Shown here: piece by piece, positions 9,420 through 18,144 of the stretch | Position numbering within the stretch: position 1 is the stretch's first letter | How the letters are laid out: each line of letters starts with the position of its first letter | Assembly: GCA_036231405.1 (NCBI GenBank) | Contig: JAZAHK010000015.1 | Span: forward strand, 1 to 34,080 | Length of the DNA stretch: 34,080 nt | Direction: 5' to 3' | Source: Nitrospinota bacterium | Lineage (GTDB): Bacteria > UBA8248 | Translations under genes and position numbers: made by a program | The notes under the pieces: generated by a model | Databases searched by the model: none | What the model was told of the DNA's origin: nothing | Seen by the model: only the letters and a program-made list of their open reading frames with translations

Positions 9420-10010
9420 TTAAACACCGTCTTCTTTCATGTTATCTTCGTCATTATTTTCATTTTTGAGAAATTTAAATTCTTTGCCATTCACTACCAC
9501 TTTGCTGTGTATAGGAACCGGATACTTGACGAGGCTTTCAGCATGACATCCACCCTTCGCATTTCTGATAAGAAGAGACAAACGTTCACTTGGAGCTTTA
9601 GAATCGAAATTCAAAAAAGAACGAACTTGAGTCCATCGAGAGTGAACTGTTCCTTTTAATACTGACCCTTCACGAAAATATTCCATTTCAACCTTACAAG
9701 AAGCTTTCTGAATTTCAATTTTCATCATTTTAGCAAATCTTGCTAATTGCGTAAGAAGTCAAAAACCAATTCCCATGCAAATATAAGTTAGCGGTTGAGG
9801 ATGCAAATCTGTACCACCGCTTCTAGGAAGTTCATCTGAAAAAACTTCAAAATGCCTATACCTTCCAACCTTAATTAAACTTCCTTCTCCAATTGTTTCT
9901 GTTTCCGCCATCAGGAGTGAAACTACACCCTCACGCGGTAATTCGTCCTGATCAATTGAACGACTCCCTGGAATAGAACTCATTTTACGAGAGTTAACAG
10001 GCTTTTTCAT
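9420..10010 (-). CDS. OsmC/Ohr-family peroxidase-like protein, probable selenoprotein (UGA read as Sec84; 196 aa)
   Basis: ORFs 9759..10010 and 9420..9728 are in the same frame, separated only by TGA (9759-9761): SDE..GG....PQPLTYICMGIGF-U-LLTQLARFAKMMKIEI...; second conserved Cys in NAKGGCHAESL; hairpin just downstream of the UGA. Confidence 0.82.
9730..9746 (-). promoter_or_regulatory. Candidate bacterial SECIS hairpin
   Basis: Minus strand UUAGCAA-GAU-UUGCUAA: perfect 7-bp stem starting 12 nt after the UGA; loop starts with G after 19 intervening nt. Confidence 0.6.
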
Positions 10011-10103
10011 ATATAAACTCTTAAAGTTTTATTTAAGGTGCAACACCCTTATTTTGCAATTTTCCTAGACTTTCTATTTCTACAATTAATTTTTCAATTT
10101 CTA

Positions 10104-10982
10104 TCAGTCGCACGCATAAGGCCAGATCCGTTTGGTTCCAGGCGGAACAAAAGTACCATTCTTTCGCATATTGGGAACAGGCACATTTTTCTGTTCCTCT
10201 GGTAGTTTGAACACTTCCTGATATTTGTATGGTGGTTTTAATCTATAGAACGCATTGGGATCCATAAAAAAACCATCTTTGGGGAGCACTACTATTCCAT
10301 TATTAGACCAGCTTGGTTTTTCGCTGTACCAAATTGCAAAATGTAGCGCGTCTCGCCTAGGTTTCCTTCCCATTTTTCCAGTATTGCTAGTTTTTCCAAT
10401 TTCTTCCCCTATTTTTACATGGGCTCCTATTTCTAATTGTGGCAATTCCAAAAGGTGAGTGTATTGACTATAAGTCCAGTATGGTAAACCCGTTTGTTCC
10501 GGTGTATGCCGCAGCATTATCTCTATTCCCTTCATGTTCCATTTATTCATAAATTTACCAACCACGACACCTTCAGCAACAGCCCTTACGGGTGTCCCTT
10601 CGTTTTGTGGAATATCCACGCCTTTGTGAAGAGCCGGCCATGGCCGTTTATGTGAGTAGTCTATCGCCCACCCCTCATCAATTTCTGGACAATCTTCACC
10701 TCCAATAAATGTGGGGATTAGTTCTGTTTCAATTACCCCTCTTTTTTTTTGAATTTCTACCATTAATTCCATATTTTCCTCTGTCCGATATTTTCTATCT
10801 TTCCCGTATAATAAAATGAGAAAGCCTGTCATCGAGCGAACCTCCTTTGAAATCTGTGTAAAACTTACAAAGCCTTCGAGCTTGATACATTTCTCACAGG
10901 ACGGTCCTCTTCCTTGTGAATTTGTAGGATACAGAATAAAGCAAAGAACTATCAACACAAAATAATTCCGGACAAGAAACAT
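10104..10982 (-). CDS. Exported M23-family metallopeptidase
   Basis: Signal-like N-terminus; HKGVD (HxxxD), GTPVRAVAEG, YTHL, GEEIG..SNTG and ALHF motifs; the usual HxH reads ALH here; AGGAG SD. Confidence 0.8.
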   Translation of the reverse strand: MFLVRNYFVLIVLCFILYPTNSQGRGPSCEKCIKLEGFVSFTQISKEVRSMTGFLILLYGKDRKYRTEENMELMVEIQKKRGVIETELIPTFIGGEDCPEIDEGWAIDYSHKRPWPALHKGVDIPQNEGTPVRAVAEGVVVGKFMNKWNMKGIEIMLRHTPEQTGLPYWTYSQYTHLLELPQLEIGAHVKIGEEIGKTSNTGKMGRKPRRDALHFAIWYSEKPSWSNNGIVVLPKDGFFMDPNAFYRLKPPYKYQEVFKLPEEQKNVPVPNMRKNGTFVPPGTKRIWPYACD

Positions 10983-11053
10983 TTCAACTACTCCTATTTT
11001 GTGGAATTAATATTGATGAAATTTTACATTTAAAGACTTGTTTCTCTTTATTT

Positions 11054-11452
11054 CTATTCTGTGACTTCTCTGTGAATATGGTTATTCTTTTTTGCCCTTG
11101 TACATAAAAAAACTTTACAACCTTCTGGATATTCATATGGACCATGGGCATTTCCTGGACCTCCTCCATATACATAATCACCAGGGCCAAGAGTTTCTCC
11201 ATCGACAAGCATGGTTCCTTCTAAAATAAAAATACTATGATAATGATCATGTTCATGTCTCGGTTCTACATAGCCAACAGGAAACATAGTGATTCTTTCT
11301 GAGCGATCGGAAACCTCATCATACCCTTCCCTAATCATTTTCATTTTCACACCTTCAGGCAATCCCAATATTTGAGAACCATCTGCCCAATCAATGTCTT
11401 CCGTATTTGATGCGAAAAACCCGCCTATATATTCCACCATGAACTCCTTCAC
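11054..11452 (-). CDS. Cupin-domain protein (ChrR/cupin_7-like), paralog 2
   Basis: EPRHEHDHYHSIFILEG and GPGDYVYG...HGP cupin motifs; start uncertain (GTG 11452 or ATG 11440). Confidence 0.8.
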   Translation of the reverse strand: MKEFMVEYIGGFFASNTEDIDWADGSQILGLPEGVKMKMIREGYDEVSDRSERITMFPVGYVEPRHEHDHYHSIFILEGTMLVDGETLGPGDYVYGGGPGNAHGPYEYPEGCKVFLCTRAKKNNHIHREVTE

Positions 11453-11467
11453 GAGACAATTTTTATT

Positions 11468-11878
11468 TTAATGACCTTTCGTTAGATCGCTCCCATACTC
11501 TGCTTCGGGATTTCTATGAATTTGATTCATTTTTGCTGCCCTGCTGCAGGAAAAAACTGTACATCCCACTGGATAATGGTAAGGACCATGTTGTTCTCCG
11601 GGACCTCCAAAAACAAAATCCCCTGGTTTCAATATCTTGTTATGTACATGCATTTCACCTTCAATGACTAAGGTACTATGCAAATGATCATGTGTATGCA
11701 AAGGTTCCGTATATCCGGGTGGGAATCTAACAAATTTATCCACTCTTTCTGATACTTCATCAATTCCTTCAGCAACAATTTTCACTTCTACTCCTGGAGG
11801 AAGACCAATCACTTTTGTTCCATCTTCCCATTCTAATTCTTCTGTTTTAACAGTGAGAAACTCTTCTGCTTTTTTCAT
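11468..11878 (-). CDS. Cupin-domain protein (ChrR/cupin_7-like), paralog 1
   Basis: EPLHTHDHLHSTLVIEG and KPGDFVFG...HGPY motifs; GGAG SD. Confidence 0.82.
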   Translation of the reverse strand: MKKAEEFLTVKTEELEWEDGTKVIGLPPGVEVKIVAEGIDEVSERVDKFVRFPPGYTEPLHTHDHLHSTLVIEGEMHVHNKILKPGDFVFGGPGEQHGPYHYPVGCTVFSCSRAAKMNQIHRNPEAEYGSDLTKGH

Positions 11879-11945
11879 AAAAATCTCCGTTCAAGCAAAT
11901 AAAAATAATTGCAAAAATACACATCGTCAAAAAAAATTGGAGTAC

Positions 11946-12005
11946 GAAACAAACTCGAAACATAGTTTTAAACTAATGGAAACAAACTCTTTAAAAAGAG
12001 GAAAC
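11946..12005 (+). promoter_or_regulatory. Phased GAAAC direct repeats upstream of urtA (candidate transcription-factor binding array)
   Basis: GAAACA at 11946, 11957, 11979 and 12001 (spacing 11, 22, 22 bp); GAAACAAACTC occurs twice. Confidence 0.5.
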
Positions 12006-12079
12006 ATAAAGAGAATATAGTAAAAAATGAATTAACAAAACCTTATGATATTTTCTAATTTAAATAAAGGAATTTGAAA

Positions 12080-13387
12080 ATGACAGAAAAAACGCAATTG
12101 CAAAATTCTAGAAGAGATTTCTTGAAAAAAACAGCTACTGCAGGGATAGGAGCTATTGCTGCAAGTAGCTTAGCTTTCCCAAATGTAATACGTGCTGCAA
12201 CTCCTATTAAACTAGGAATACTGCATTCACTTAGTGGGACCATGGCAATCAGTGAAGTTTCTCTCAGAGACGTTGTAATGATGGCCGTGGATGAAATTAA
12301 TTCCTCTGGCGGCATTATGAAGAGGCCAATTAAACCTTATATCGTTGATCCAGCCTCAGATTGGGATCTGTTTGCAGAGAAAGCAAAACAGCTTCTTTTA
12401 AAAGATAAAGTGGACGTAGTATTTGGTTGCTGGACATCGGTTAGCAGAAAGTCTGTGCTGCCTGTTTTTGAAAAAAACAATGGTCTCCTGTTTTATCCTG
12501 TTCAGTACGAAGGAGAAGAATGTTCTAAAAACGTATTTTATACTGGAGCCACACCAAATCAACAACTTATTCCCGCTGCAAAATATTTAATGAGTGAAGA
12601 TGGAGGAGGATTTAAAAAATTCTACCTTCTTGGGACTGATTATGTATTTCCAAGGACAGCAAACAAAATTCTAAGAGCATATCTTCTTGCAAAAGGTGTG
12701 CCTGCAAAAAACATCATGGAAGAATATACCCCGTTCCATCACCAGGACTACCAGACCATCGTGGGTAAAGTTAAGAATTTTGCTTCTTCTGGTGACGCTG
12801 CTGTTCTTAGTACAATTAATGGAGACAGTAATGTTCCTTTCTATAAAGAATTTGGAAATCAAGGATTGCGATCGGAAGACTGCCCTATAATGGCATTTAG
12901 TGTTGCAGAAGATGAATTGAGAGGAATGGACACAAAAGCACTTGTAGGACATCTTGCGGCTTGGAATTATTACCAATCGATCAATACACCTGCAAACAAA
13001 AGATTTGTTGCTGATTTCAAAACCTTTTGCAAAAAGAAAGGACTCCCAGGAGGAACTAGCAGAGTAACAGACGACCCAATCGAAGCTGCATATCTTGGTG
13101 TTCATATTTATAAAAAAGCAGTAGAAAAAGCTGGAACTACCAACGTTGATGCAGTTCGAAAAGCAACCTATGGAACTGGATTTAATGCTCCTGGTGGCTT
13201 CAAAAAAATTGATGAAAGAAATCATCACCTTCACAAACCGGTTTTAATTGGTGAGATTAAGAAAAATGGACAATTCCGGGTTGTTAATGCAACAAAAGGT
13301 TTGGTAAGACCTCAGCCCTGGAGTAAATACACTAGTCCAGACAAAGGTTGTGATTGGGTAGATCACAAAGGAACATATAAAAAATAA
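12080..13387 (+). CDS. urtA: Urea ABC transporter substrate-binding protein, Tat signal
   Basis: SRRDFLK twin-arginine signal; IKLGILHSLSGTMAISE, VFGCWTSVSRKSVLPVFE, FYPVQYEGEE, GTDYVFPRTAN; start may instead be TTG 12074. Confidence 0.95.
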   Translation: MTEKTQLQNSRRDFLKKTATAGIGAIAASSLAFPNVIRAATPIKLGILHSLSGTMAISEVSLRDVVMMAVDEINSSGGIMKRPIKPYIVDPASDWDLFAEKAKQLLLKDKVDVVFGCWTSVSRKSVLPVFEKNNGLLFYPVQYEGEECSKNVFYTGATPNQQLIPAAKYLMSEDGGGFKKFYLLGTDYVFPRTANKILRAYLLAKGVPAKNIMEEYTPFHHQDYQTIVGKVKNFASSGDAAVLSTINGDSNVPFYKEFGNQGLRSEDCPIMAFSVAEDELRGMDTKALVGHLAAWNYYQSINTPANKRFVADFKTFCKKKGLPGGTSRVTDDPIEAAYLGVHIYKKAVEKAGTTNVDAVRKATYGTGFNAPGGFKKIDERNHHLHKPVLIGEIKKNGQFRVVNATKGLVRPQPWSKYTSPDKGCDWVDHKGTYKK

Positions 13388-13447
13388 CCAGAACAATCAT
13401 TTCCATGAAAAATATATTTTGCTGATTGCTTCTGGAGAGGAGAAGTA

Positions 13448-13482
13448 GATAGTGGAATAAAATGAAATTTTATCCCACTATC
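13448..13482 (+). promoter_or_regulatory. Intercistronic stem-loop between urtA and urtB
   Basis: GATAGTGGAATAAAAT-GAA-ATTTTATCCCACTATC: 16-bp arms with one mismatch and no U-tract. Confidence 0.6.
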
Positions 13483-13495
13483 ACTTACCTATAAA

Positions 13496-15211
13496 ATGAA
13501 ATATTCAAACAAAAGAGTAGTTTTACCACTTATTCTCTTTTTTTCTGTTCTTACGACCTATGTTAGTCCAGCAGAATCAATCCCTCTTGGAATTCAAAAA
13601 GAAATAGATGATTTAATTATCTCAAGTAAAAAAAAGAAAAAACAGATTTTTTTGTCTTTGGCCAAAAGAGGAGATCCAAAGTTACTTCCACTTCTTCAGG
13701 CTCTAAGAGAAGGGAGTCTGTTTGTCTGGGACTCTCCCAAAGGTAAAAAAATTGTAATCGCTGGGGATGGAGTCAAAAAAGGAAATGTTGAGGTGTTCCC
13801 TATTTTCAACCCGTATGGAAAAACAATAATCTCTAATGCTAAATCTCCCAAAACTAATGTATTTGTTCCTGAATCTTCTTTAGAAGAGATCAGGGCTAAC
13901 CGGAGACTCCGACGTGCAATACGTCCTTATATTTTAATCCTACAAAGTACAGGTCAACTCTATTCGAAAGATCCTAATATTAGGAGAGCTGCATCTACTA
14001 GAATGGCCAGATTAGGAAACGCTAAGTTTATTCCTGTAATCAAAGATGCGTTAGAAAAAGAAACCCATTGGTTAAGCAAAAATGCTTTTCAAGAAGCAAT
14101 AGCAATTATTGAATTGAAAAGTTCCTCTGATGAAGTACGAAAAAACGCAGCCATTAAATTAGGAAATATTAATGGATTAAACTCACTTGTATATCTTAAA
14201 AAAATAGCAAATGAAGGCAATAAAAATAAAGTGAAATACTCTAAAGAACAAAAAGAGCTTCATGTTGCCGCTAAAGAAGCAATAGAGAAGATCGAGTCAT
14301 ACAAAAGTTGGATCTTCTCTATAGACACAATTTTTCGAGGATTAAGCCTAGGCTCAATCCTTTTACTCATGGCCCTTGGACTAGCCGTAGTTTTTGGTCT
14401 AATGGGAGTCATTAACATGGCTCATGGGGAATTAATGATGTTTGGTGCATATTCAACATTTCTAGTTCAGGGAATATTCACAACCTATCTTCCAATGGAT
14501 TTCTTTGGTTATTATTTTTTATTTTCATTACCTGCAGCATTTCTAGTTTCAGCAACTATTGGATATTTAATGGAAATATCAATTATTCGTTTTTTGTATG
14601 GACGCCCCCTTGAAACTCTCTTGACGACTTGGGGAATTAGTTTAATTTTCCAACAGCTTGTGCGGCAAATATTCGGCGCACAAAACGTAAGCGTAGTTTC
14701 TCCTTCCTGGCTTAGAGGTGGATATCATATGCTAGTCGGTGTGCAATTTCCATACAATCGCCTTTTTATCGTCTTTTTAACTTTATTTTGTGTCGCAGGC
14801 ACATTTATGTTTCTATTCAAAACACGTTCCGGTATGCGTATAAGGGCAGTTACACAAAATAGAGAGATGAGTAGTTGTCTCGGAGTTCCTTCTAGAAGAG
14901 TGGATTCTCTGACTTTTGCTATGGGAGCAGGACTTGCCGGGCTAGCGGGTGCGGCCTTAAGTCAAGTAGGAAATGTTGGCCCTGATTTAGGACAAAATTA
15001 TATTGTTGATTCTTTCATGGTAGTTGTAACCGGTGGCGTAGGAAAAATATTTGGAACTATTGTAGCTGGATTAGGAATAGGAGGATTGAATAAATTTCTT
15101 GAGCCTTGGATGGGTGCTGTTTTTGGAAAAGTACTTATTCTTTTCTTAGTAATAATGTTCTTACAAAAAAGACCTGAAGGCCTGTTTTCTGTCAGAAGTC
15201 GAGGAGCTTAA
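13496..15211 (+). CDS. urtB: Urea ABC transporter permease with N-terminal soluble HEAT-like extension
   Basis: GLSLGSILLLMALGLAVVFGLMGVINMAHGE, RPLETLLTTWGISL, GQNYIVDSFMVVV, FLQKRPEGLF. Confidence 0.93.
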   Translation: MKYSNKRVVLPLILFFSVLTTYVSPAESIPLGIQKEIDDLIISSKKKKKQIFLSLAKRGDPKLLPLLQALREGSLFVWDSPKGKKIVIAGDGVKKGNVEVFPIFNPYGKTIISNAKSPKTNVFVPESSLEEIRANRRLRRAIRPYILILQSTGQLYSKDPNIRRAASTRMARLGNAKFIPVIKDALEKETHWLSKNAFQEAIAIIELKSSSDEVRKNAAIKLGNINGLNSLVYLKKIANEGNKNKVKYSKEQKELHVAAKEAIEKIESYKSWIFSIDTIFRGLSLGSILLLMALGLAVVFGLMGVINMAHGELMMFGAYSTFLVQGIFTTYLPMDFFGYYFLFSLPAAFLVSATIGYLMEISIIRFLYGRPLETLLTTWGISLIFQQLVRQIFGAQNVSVVSPSWLRGGYHMLVGVQFPYNRLFIVFLTLFCVAGTFMFLFKTRSGMRIRAVTQNREMSSCLGVPSRRVDSLTFAMGAGLAGLAGAALSQVGNVGPDLGQNYIVDSFMVVVTGGVGKIFGTIVAGLGIGGLNKFLEPWMGAVFGKVLILFLVIMFLQKRPEGLFSVRSRGA

Positions 15212-15216
15212 TTTTC

Positions 15217-16329
15217 ATGCAAAGTTTTCCTATTCAACAAAATATTGAAAAAAGAATTGGGAAAGCTACCCTCCTCCTTTTTGCATTTTTTTTTGTTTTT
15301 ATAATGCCATTTCTTAATTTTTTTACGTCACCTGAATCCTTTTTCCATATATCTGACTTCACGTTGAATCTCTTTGGGAAATTTCTCTCTTATGCAATCC
15401 TTGCCCTTGGAATTGACCTTATTTGGGGATTCACAGGAATACTAAGCTTGGGTCATGGAGTGTTCTTCGGACTAGGCGGTTATTGCATGGGAATGTATTT
15501 ATCGTTAGCAATAGGCTCCAGCGGTGTATATCAAAGCAAGCTTCCTGATTTCATGGTGTGGAATCGTGTAAAAGAATTGCCTTTCTTTTGGGAACCATTT
15601 CACTCTTTTCCAATAACATTGTTATGTGCAATTTTAGTGCCCGCAATATTTGCATCTTTGTTTGGATTTCTTGCATTTAGAACACGAGTAAAAGGAGTTT
15701 ATTTTGCTATCATCACTCAAGCATTAGCACTCTCTGCATGGCTAGTGTTCAATAGGAATGAAATTAATCTTGGAGGTACTAACGGACTTACAAATTTCAA
15801 AAAAATACTAGGATTTTCATTGCAAGATGTTGAAACACAACGTTTCCTCTATATAGCAACTGCCGTCACTCTTTGTCTTGCTTATATGATTTGCAAATAT
15901 ATAGTTCAGTCAAGAGCAGGAAAAATATTGCTTGCTATAAGAGACTCTGAAAATCGTGTTCTCTATTCTGGTTATACTCCCTCCAATTACAAAGTATTTG
16001 TTTTTGCTATTTCTGCCGTTTTAGCAGGAATAGCTGGAGCACTATACGTTCCTCAGGTTGGAATAATTACTCCTGGGAAAATAGGAGTTCTCCCGTCAAT
16101 AGAAATGGTCATTTGGGTAGCAGTTGGAGGAAGAGGTACATTAAGTGGTGCCATTCTTGGCGCAGTAAGTGTAAACTGGATGAGAAGTTTTTTAACAAGT
16201 AATTATCCAGATTACTGGTTATATTTTTTAGGAGGGATGTTCGTCCTTGTTGTCCAGTTTATACCGGACGGACTAATTGGTTTGTTTAAAAGGTCTCTGA
16301 AAAAAATTCTAAGTTTGATTAATAGATAA
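15217..16329 (+). CDS. urtC: Urea ABC transporter permease
   Basis: DLIWGFTGILSLGHG, LPDFMVWN...LPFFWEPF, GVYFAIITQAL, SIEMVIWVAVGGRGTL. Confidence 0.93.
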   Translation: MQSFPIQQNIEKRIGKATLLLFAFFFVFIMPFLNFFTSPESFFHISDFTLNLFGKFLSYAILALGIDLIWGFTGILSLGHGVFFGLGGYCMGMYLSLAIGSSGVYQSKLPDFMVWNRVKELPFFWEPFHSFPITLLCAILVPAIFASLFGFLAFRTRVKGVYFAIITQALALSAWLVFNRNEINLGGTNGLTNFKKILGFSLQDVETQRFLYIATAVTLCLAYMICKYIVQSRAGKILLAIRDSENRVLYSGYTPSNYKVFVFAISAVLAGIAGALYVPQVGIITPGKIGVLPSIEMVIWVAVGGRGTLSGAILGAVSVNWMRSFLTSNYPDYWLYFLGGMFVLVVQFIPDGLIGLFKRSLKKILSLINR

Positions 16330-16347
16330 TATTCGGAAGGGAATATA

Positions 16348-17109
16348 TTGGTAGTTTCAAAAACAATCCTGTTTCTTGAGGATGTAATCGTCTCTTTTGA
16401 CGGATTCAAGGCATTAAATAATCTCAATTTTTCTATGGATAAAGGAGAACTTAGATGCCTGATAGGCCCTAATGGAGCAGGCAAATCAACTCTATTAGAT
16501 GTAGTGACTGGAAAAGTAAGACCAGATCAAGGGCGCGTCATTTTGGGTGAAAATATAGACCTCACTAGATTAAAGGAGGAAGAAATAGCAAACACAGGAG
16601 TTGGCAGGAAGTTTCAAACTCCTACTGTTTTTGAAACTTTGACAGTCAGGGAAAATCTAGAACTTTCCGTAAAGCAAAATAAGAGAGTTATGACTATGGT
16701 TTTCAAATCTTTGAAAAATAATTCTTTGCAAAGTGTAGACGAGACTCTAGAAATTATTGGACTTGAAGAGAAACAAAACAATAGATCAGGCCTATTGGCA
16801 CATGGAGAAAAGCAATGGCTTGAGATTGGAATGGTAATGGTTCAAAATCCAGAACTACTGTTAATAGATGAACCTGTTGCAGGAATGACAGATACAGAAA
16901 CAGAAAAAACTGCGGATTTATTGCGAACAATTTCAGAAAACAGATCTGTCTTGGTAATAGAACATGACATGAAGTTCGTTCGTGAACTAGAATCTAGAGT
17001 TACAGTGCTCCATGAAGGTAGTGTAATTTGTGAAGGTTCTATTGATCATATTCACAATGATCCACGAGTAATTGAACTGTATTTAGGCCGGGAGAAAAAA
17101 ATTGCTTGA
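16348..17109 (+). CDS. urtD: Urea ABC transporter ATP-binding protein
   Basis: VSFDGFKALN, GPNGAGKS Walker A, GRKFQTPTVFE, LAHGEKQWLEIGM, DEPVAGMT. Confidence 0.93.
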   Translation: MVVSKTILFLEDVIVSFDGFKALNNLNFSMDKGELRCLIGPNGAGKSTLLDVVTGKVRPDQGRVILGENIDLTRLKEEEIANTGVGRKFQTPTVFETLTVRENLELSVKQNKRVMTMVFKSLKNNSLQSVDETLEIIGLEEKQNNRSGLLAHGEKQWLEIGMVMVQNPELLLIDEPVAGMTDTETEKTADLLRTISENRSVLVIEHDMKFVRELESRVTVLHEGSVICEGSIDHIHNDPRVIELYLGREKKIA

Positions 17110-17797
17110 TGTTAAAAACCTCAATGTTTTCTATGGAGAAAGTCATATTTTACGAGGACTAAATTTTCTAGTAACTCCCGGGAAAATATGTGGAATTTTA
17201 GGTCGAAACGGCATGGGCAAAACCACCTTCCTCAAATCTCTTATAGGACTCCTCCCTCCAAGAGAAGGAGAAATTATTTTTGAAGATAGTCCAATTACCA
17301 CGCTTCGGCCTGAAGCGAGATCTAAACTTGGAATATCTTACGTTCCACAAGGAAGAGAAATATTTCCACAATTGTCCGTCCATGAAAATCTTCTACTTGG
17401 ACTGGAATCTCATCCAGAAAAGCCATCAATGTATAACGAAGAAGTTTTTCAACTATTTCCAATCCTTAACGAAATGTTAAATAGAAAAGGTGGAGTACTA
17501 AGTGGTGGGCAGCAACAACAACTTGCCATTGCAAGAGCACTTGTTTCTAAGCCAAAGCTCTTACTCCTGGACGAACCGACTGAAGGAATTCAACCCTCGA
17601 TAATCCTAGACATTGAAGAGGTTCTATGGAAAATCAAACAGGCCGGAGAGGTAGCCATTGTTTTGGTGGAACAATATCTCGAATTTGCATGGCGTTTATC
17701 TGACACATATTATGTCATGGAAAAAGGGGAATTCGTAGAACAAGGCAAAGCGGAAGGAGTATGCGACCCCAGTCTACTTGAAAAATTAACCGCATAG
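17102..17797 (+). CDS. urtE: Urea ABC transporter ATP-binding protein
   Basis: YGESHILR, GRNGMGKT, YVPQGREIFP, LSGGQQQQLAIARAL, DEPTEGIQPSII; TTG start overlapping the end of urtD. Confidence 0.93.
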   Translation: MLDVKNLNVFYGESHILRGLNFLVTPGKICGILGRNGMGKTTFLKSLIGLLPPREGEIIFEDSPITTLRPEARSKLGISYVPQGREIFPQLSVHENLLLGLESHPEKPSMYNEEVFQLFPILNEMLNRKGGVLSGGQQQQLAIARALVSKPKLLLLDEPTEGIQPSIILDIEEVLWKIKQAGEVAIVLVEQYLEFAWRLSDTYYVMEKGEFVEQGKAEGVCDPSLLEKLTA

Positions 17798-17831
17798 CAT
17801 TTGTTTCCATTAATTGAAATTGGAGCTAACC

Positions 17832-18134
17832 ATGCACCTAACTCCCAGAGAACAAGAAAAACTCCTTATATTTGTAGCTGCAGATTTGTCCAGGAAAAGA
17901 CTTAAACGTGGCCTTAAACTCAATTATCCTGAGGCAGTAAGTATAATCACTGCAGAAGTTTTAGAAGGCGCTCGTGATGGAAGATCTGTTGCAGATCTTA
18001 TGAACTTCGGAACCACAATTTTAACTCGAAATGATGTTATGGAAGGCGTCCCTGAGATGATACATGAAGTACAGGTAGAAGGGACTTTCCCTGATGGCAC
18101 GAAACTTGTTACTGTCCACGATCCGATACGATAG
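17832..18134 (+). CDS. ureA: Urease gamma subunit
   Basis: [11 protein letters not shown]...KLNYPEA...[20 protein letters not shown] 17832 with GGAG SD gives 100 aa. Confidence 0.97.
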   Translation: MHLTPREQEKLLIFVAADLSRKRLKRGLKLNYPEAVSIITAEVLEGARDGRSVADLMNFGTTILTRNDVMEGVPEMIHEVQVEGTFPDGTKLVTVHDPIR

Positions 18135-18144
18135 GAGAAAATAG

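Noticed and set aside
9420-9728. Separate 102-aa and 83-aa (9759..10010) hypothetical proteins
   Set aside because: Same frame, joined by a single TGA; each is half of an OsmC-like domain, so they are treated as one gene
10101-10106. Possible Sec read-through at the TGA ending the M23 gene (YACD-TGA)
   Set aside because: Immediately followed by an in-frame TAG; a true stop
10104-10982. nlpD assignment for the M23 peptidase
   Set aside because: No LysM domain or lipobox seen and it is not adjacent to surE-pcm
10984-11208. 74-aa alternative-frame ORF overlapping the cupin 3' end
   Set aside because: Overlaps a confident CDS and has no motif; no sign of a frameshift because the cupin aligns with its paralog almost to its end
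12671-13234. 187-aa antisense ORF within urtA (also 31365..31958, 7631..8044, 28813..29196, 21089..21460 and similar short ones)
   Set aside because: Shadow frames of well-supported genes, with no recognisable motifs
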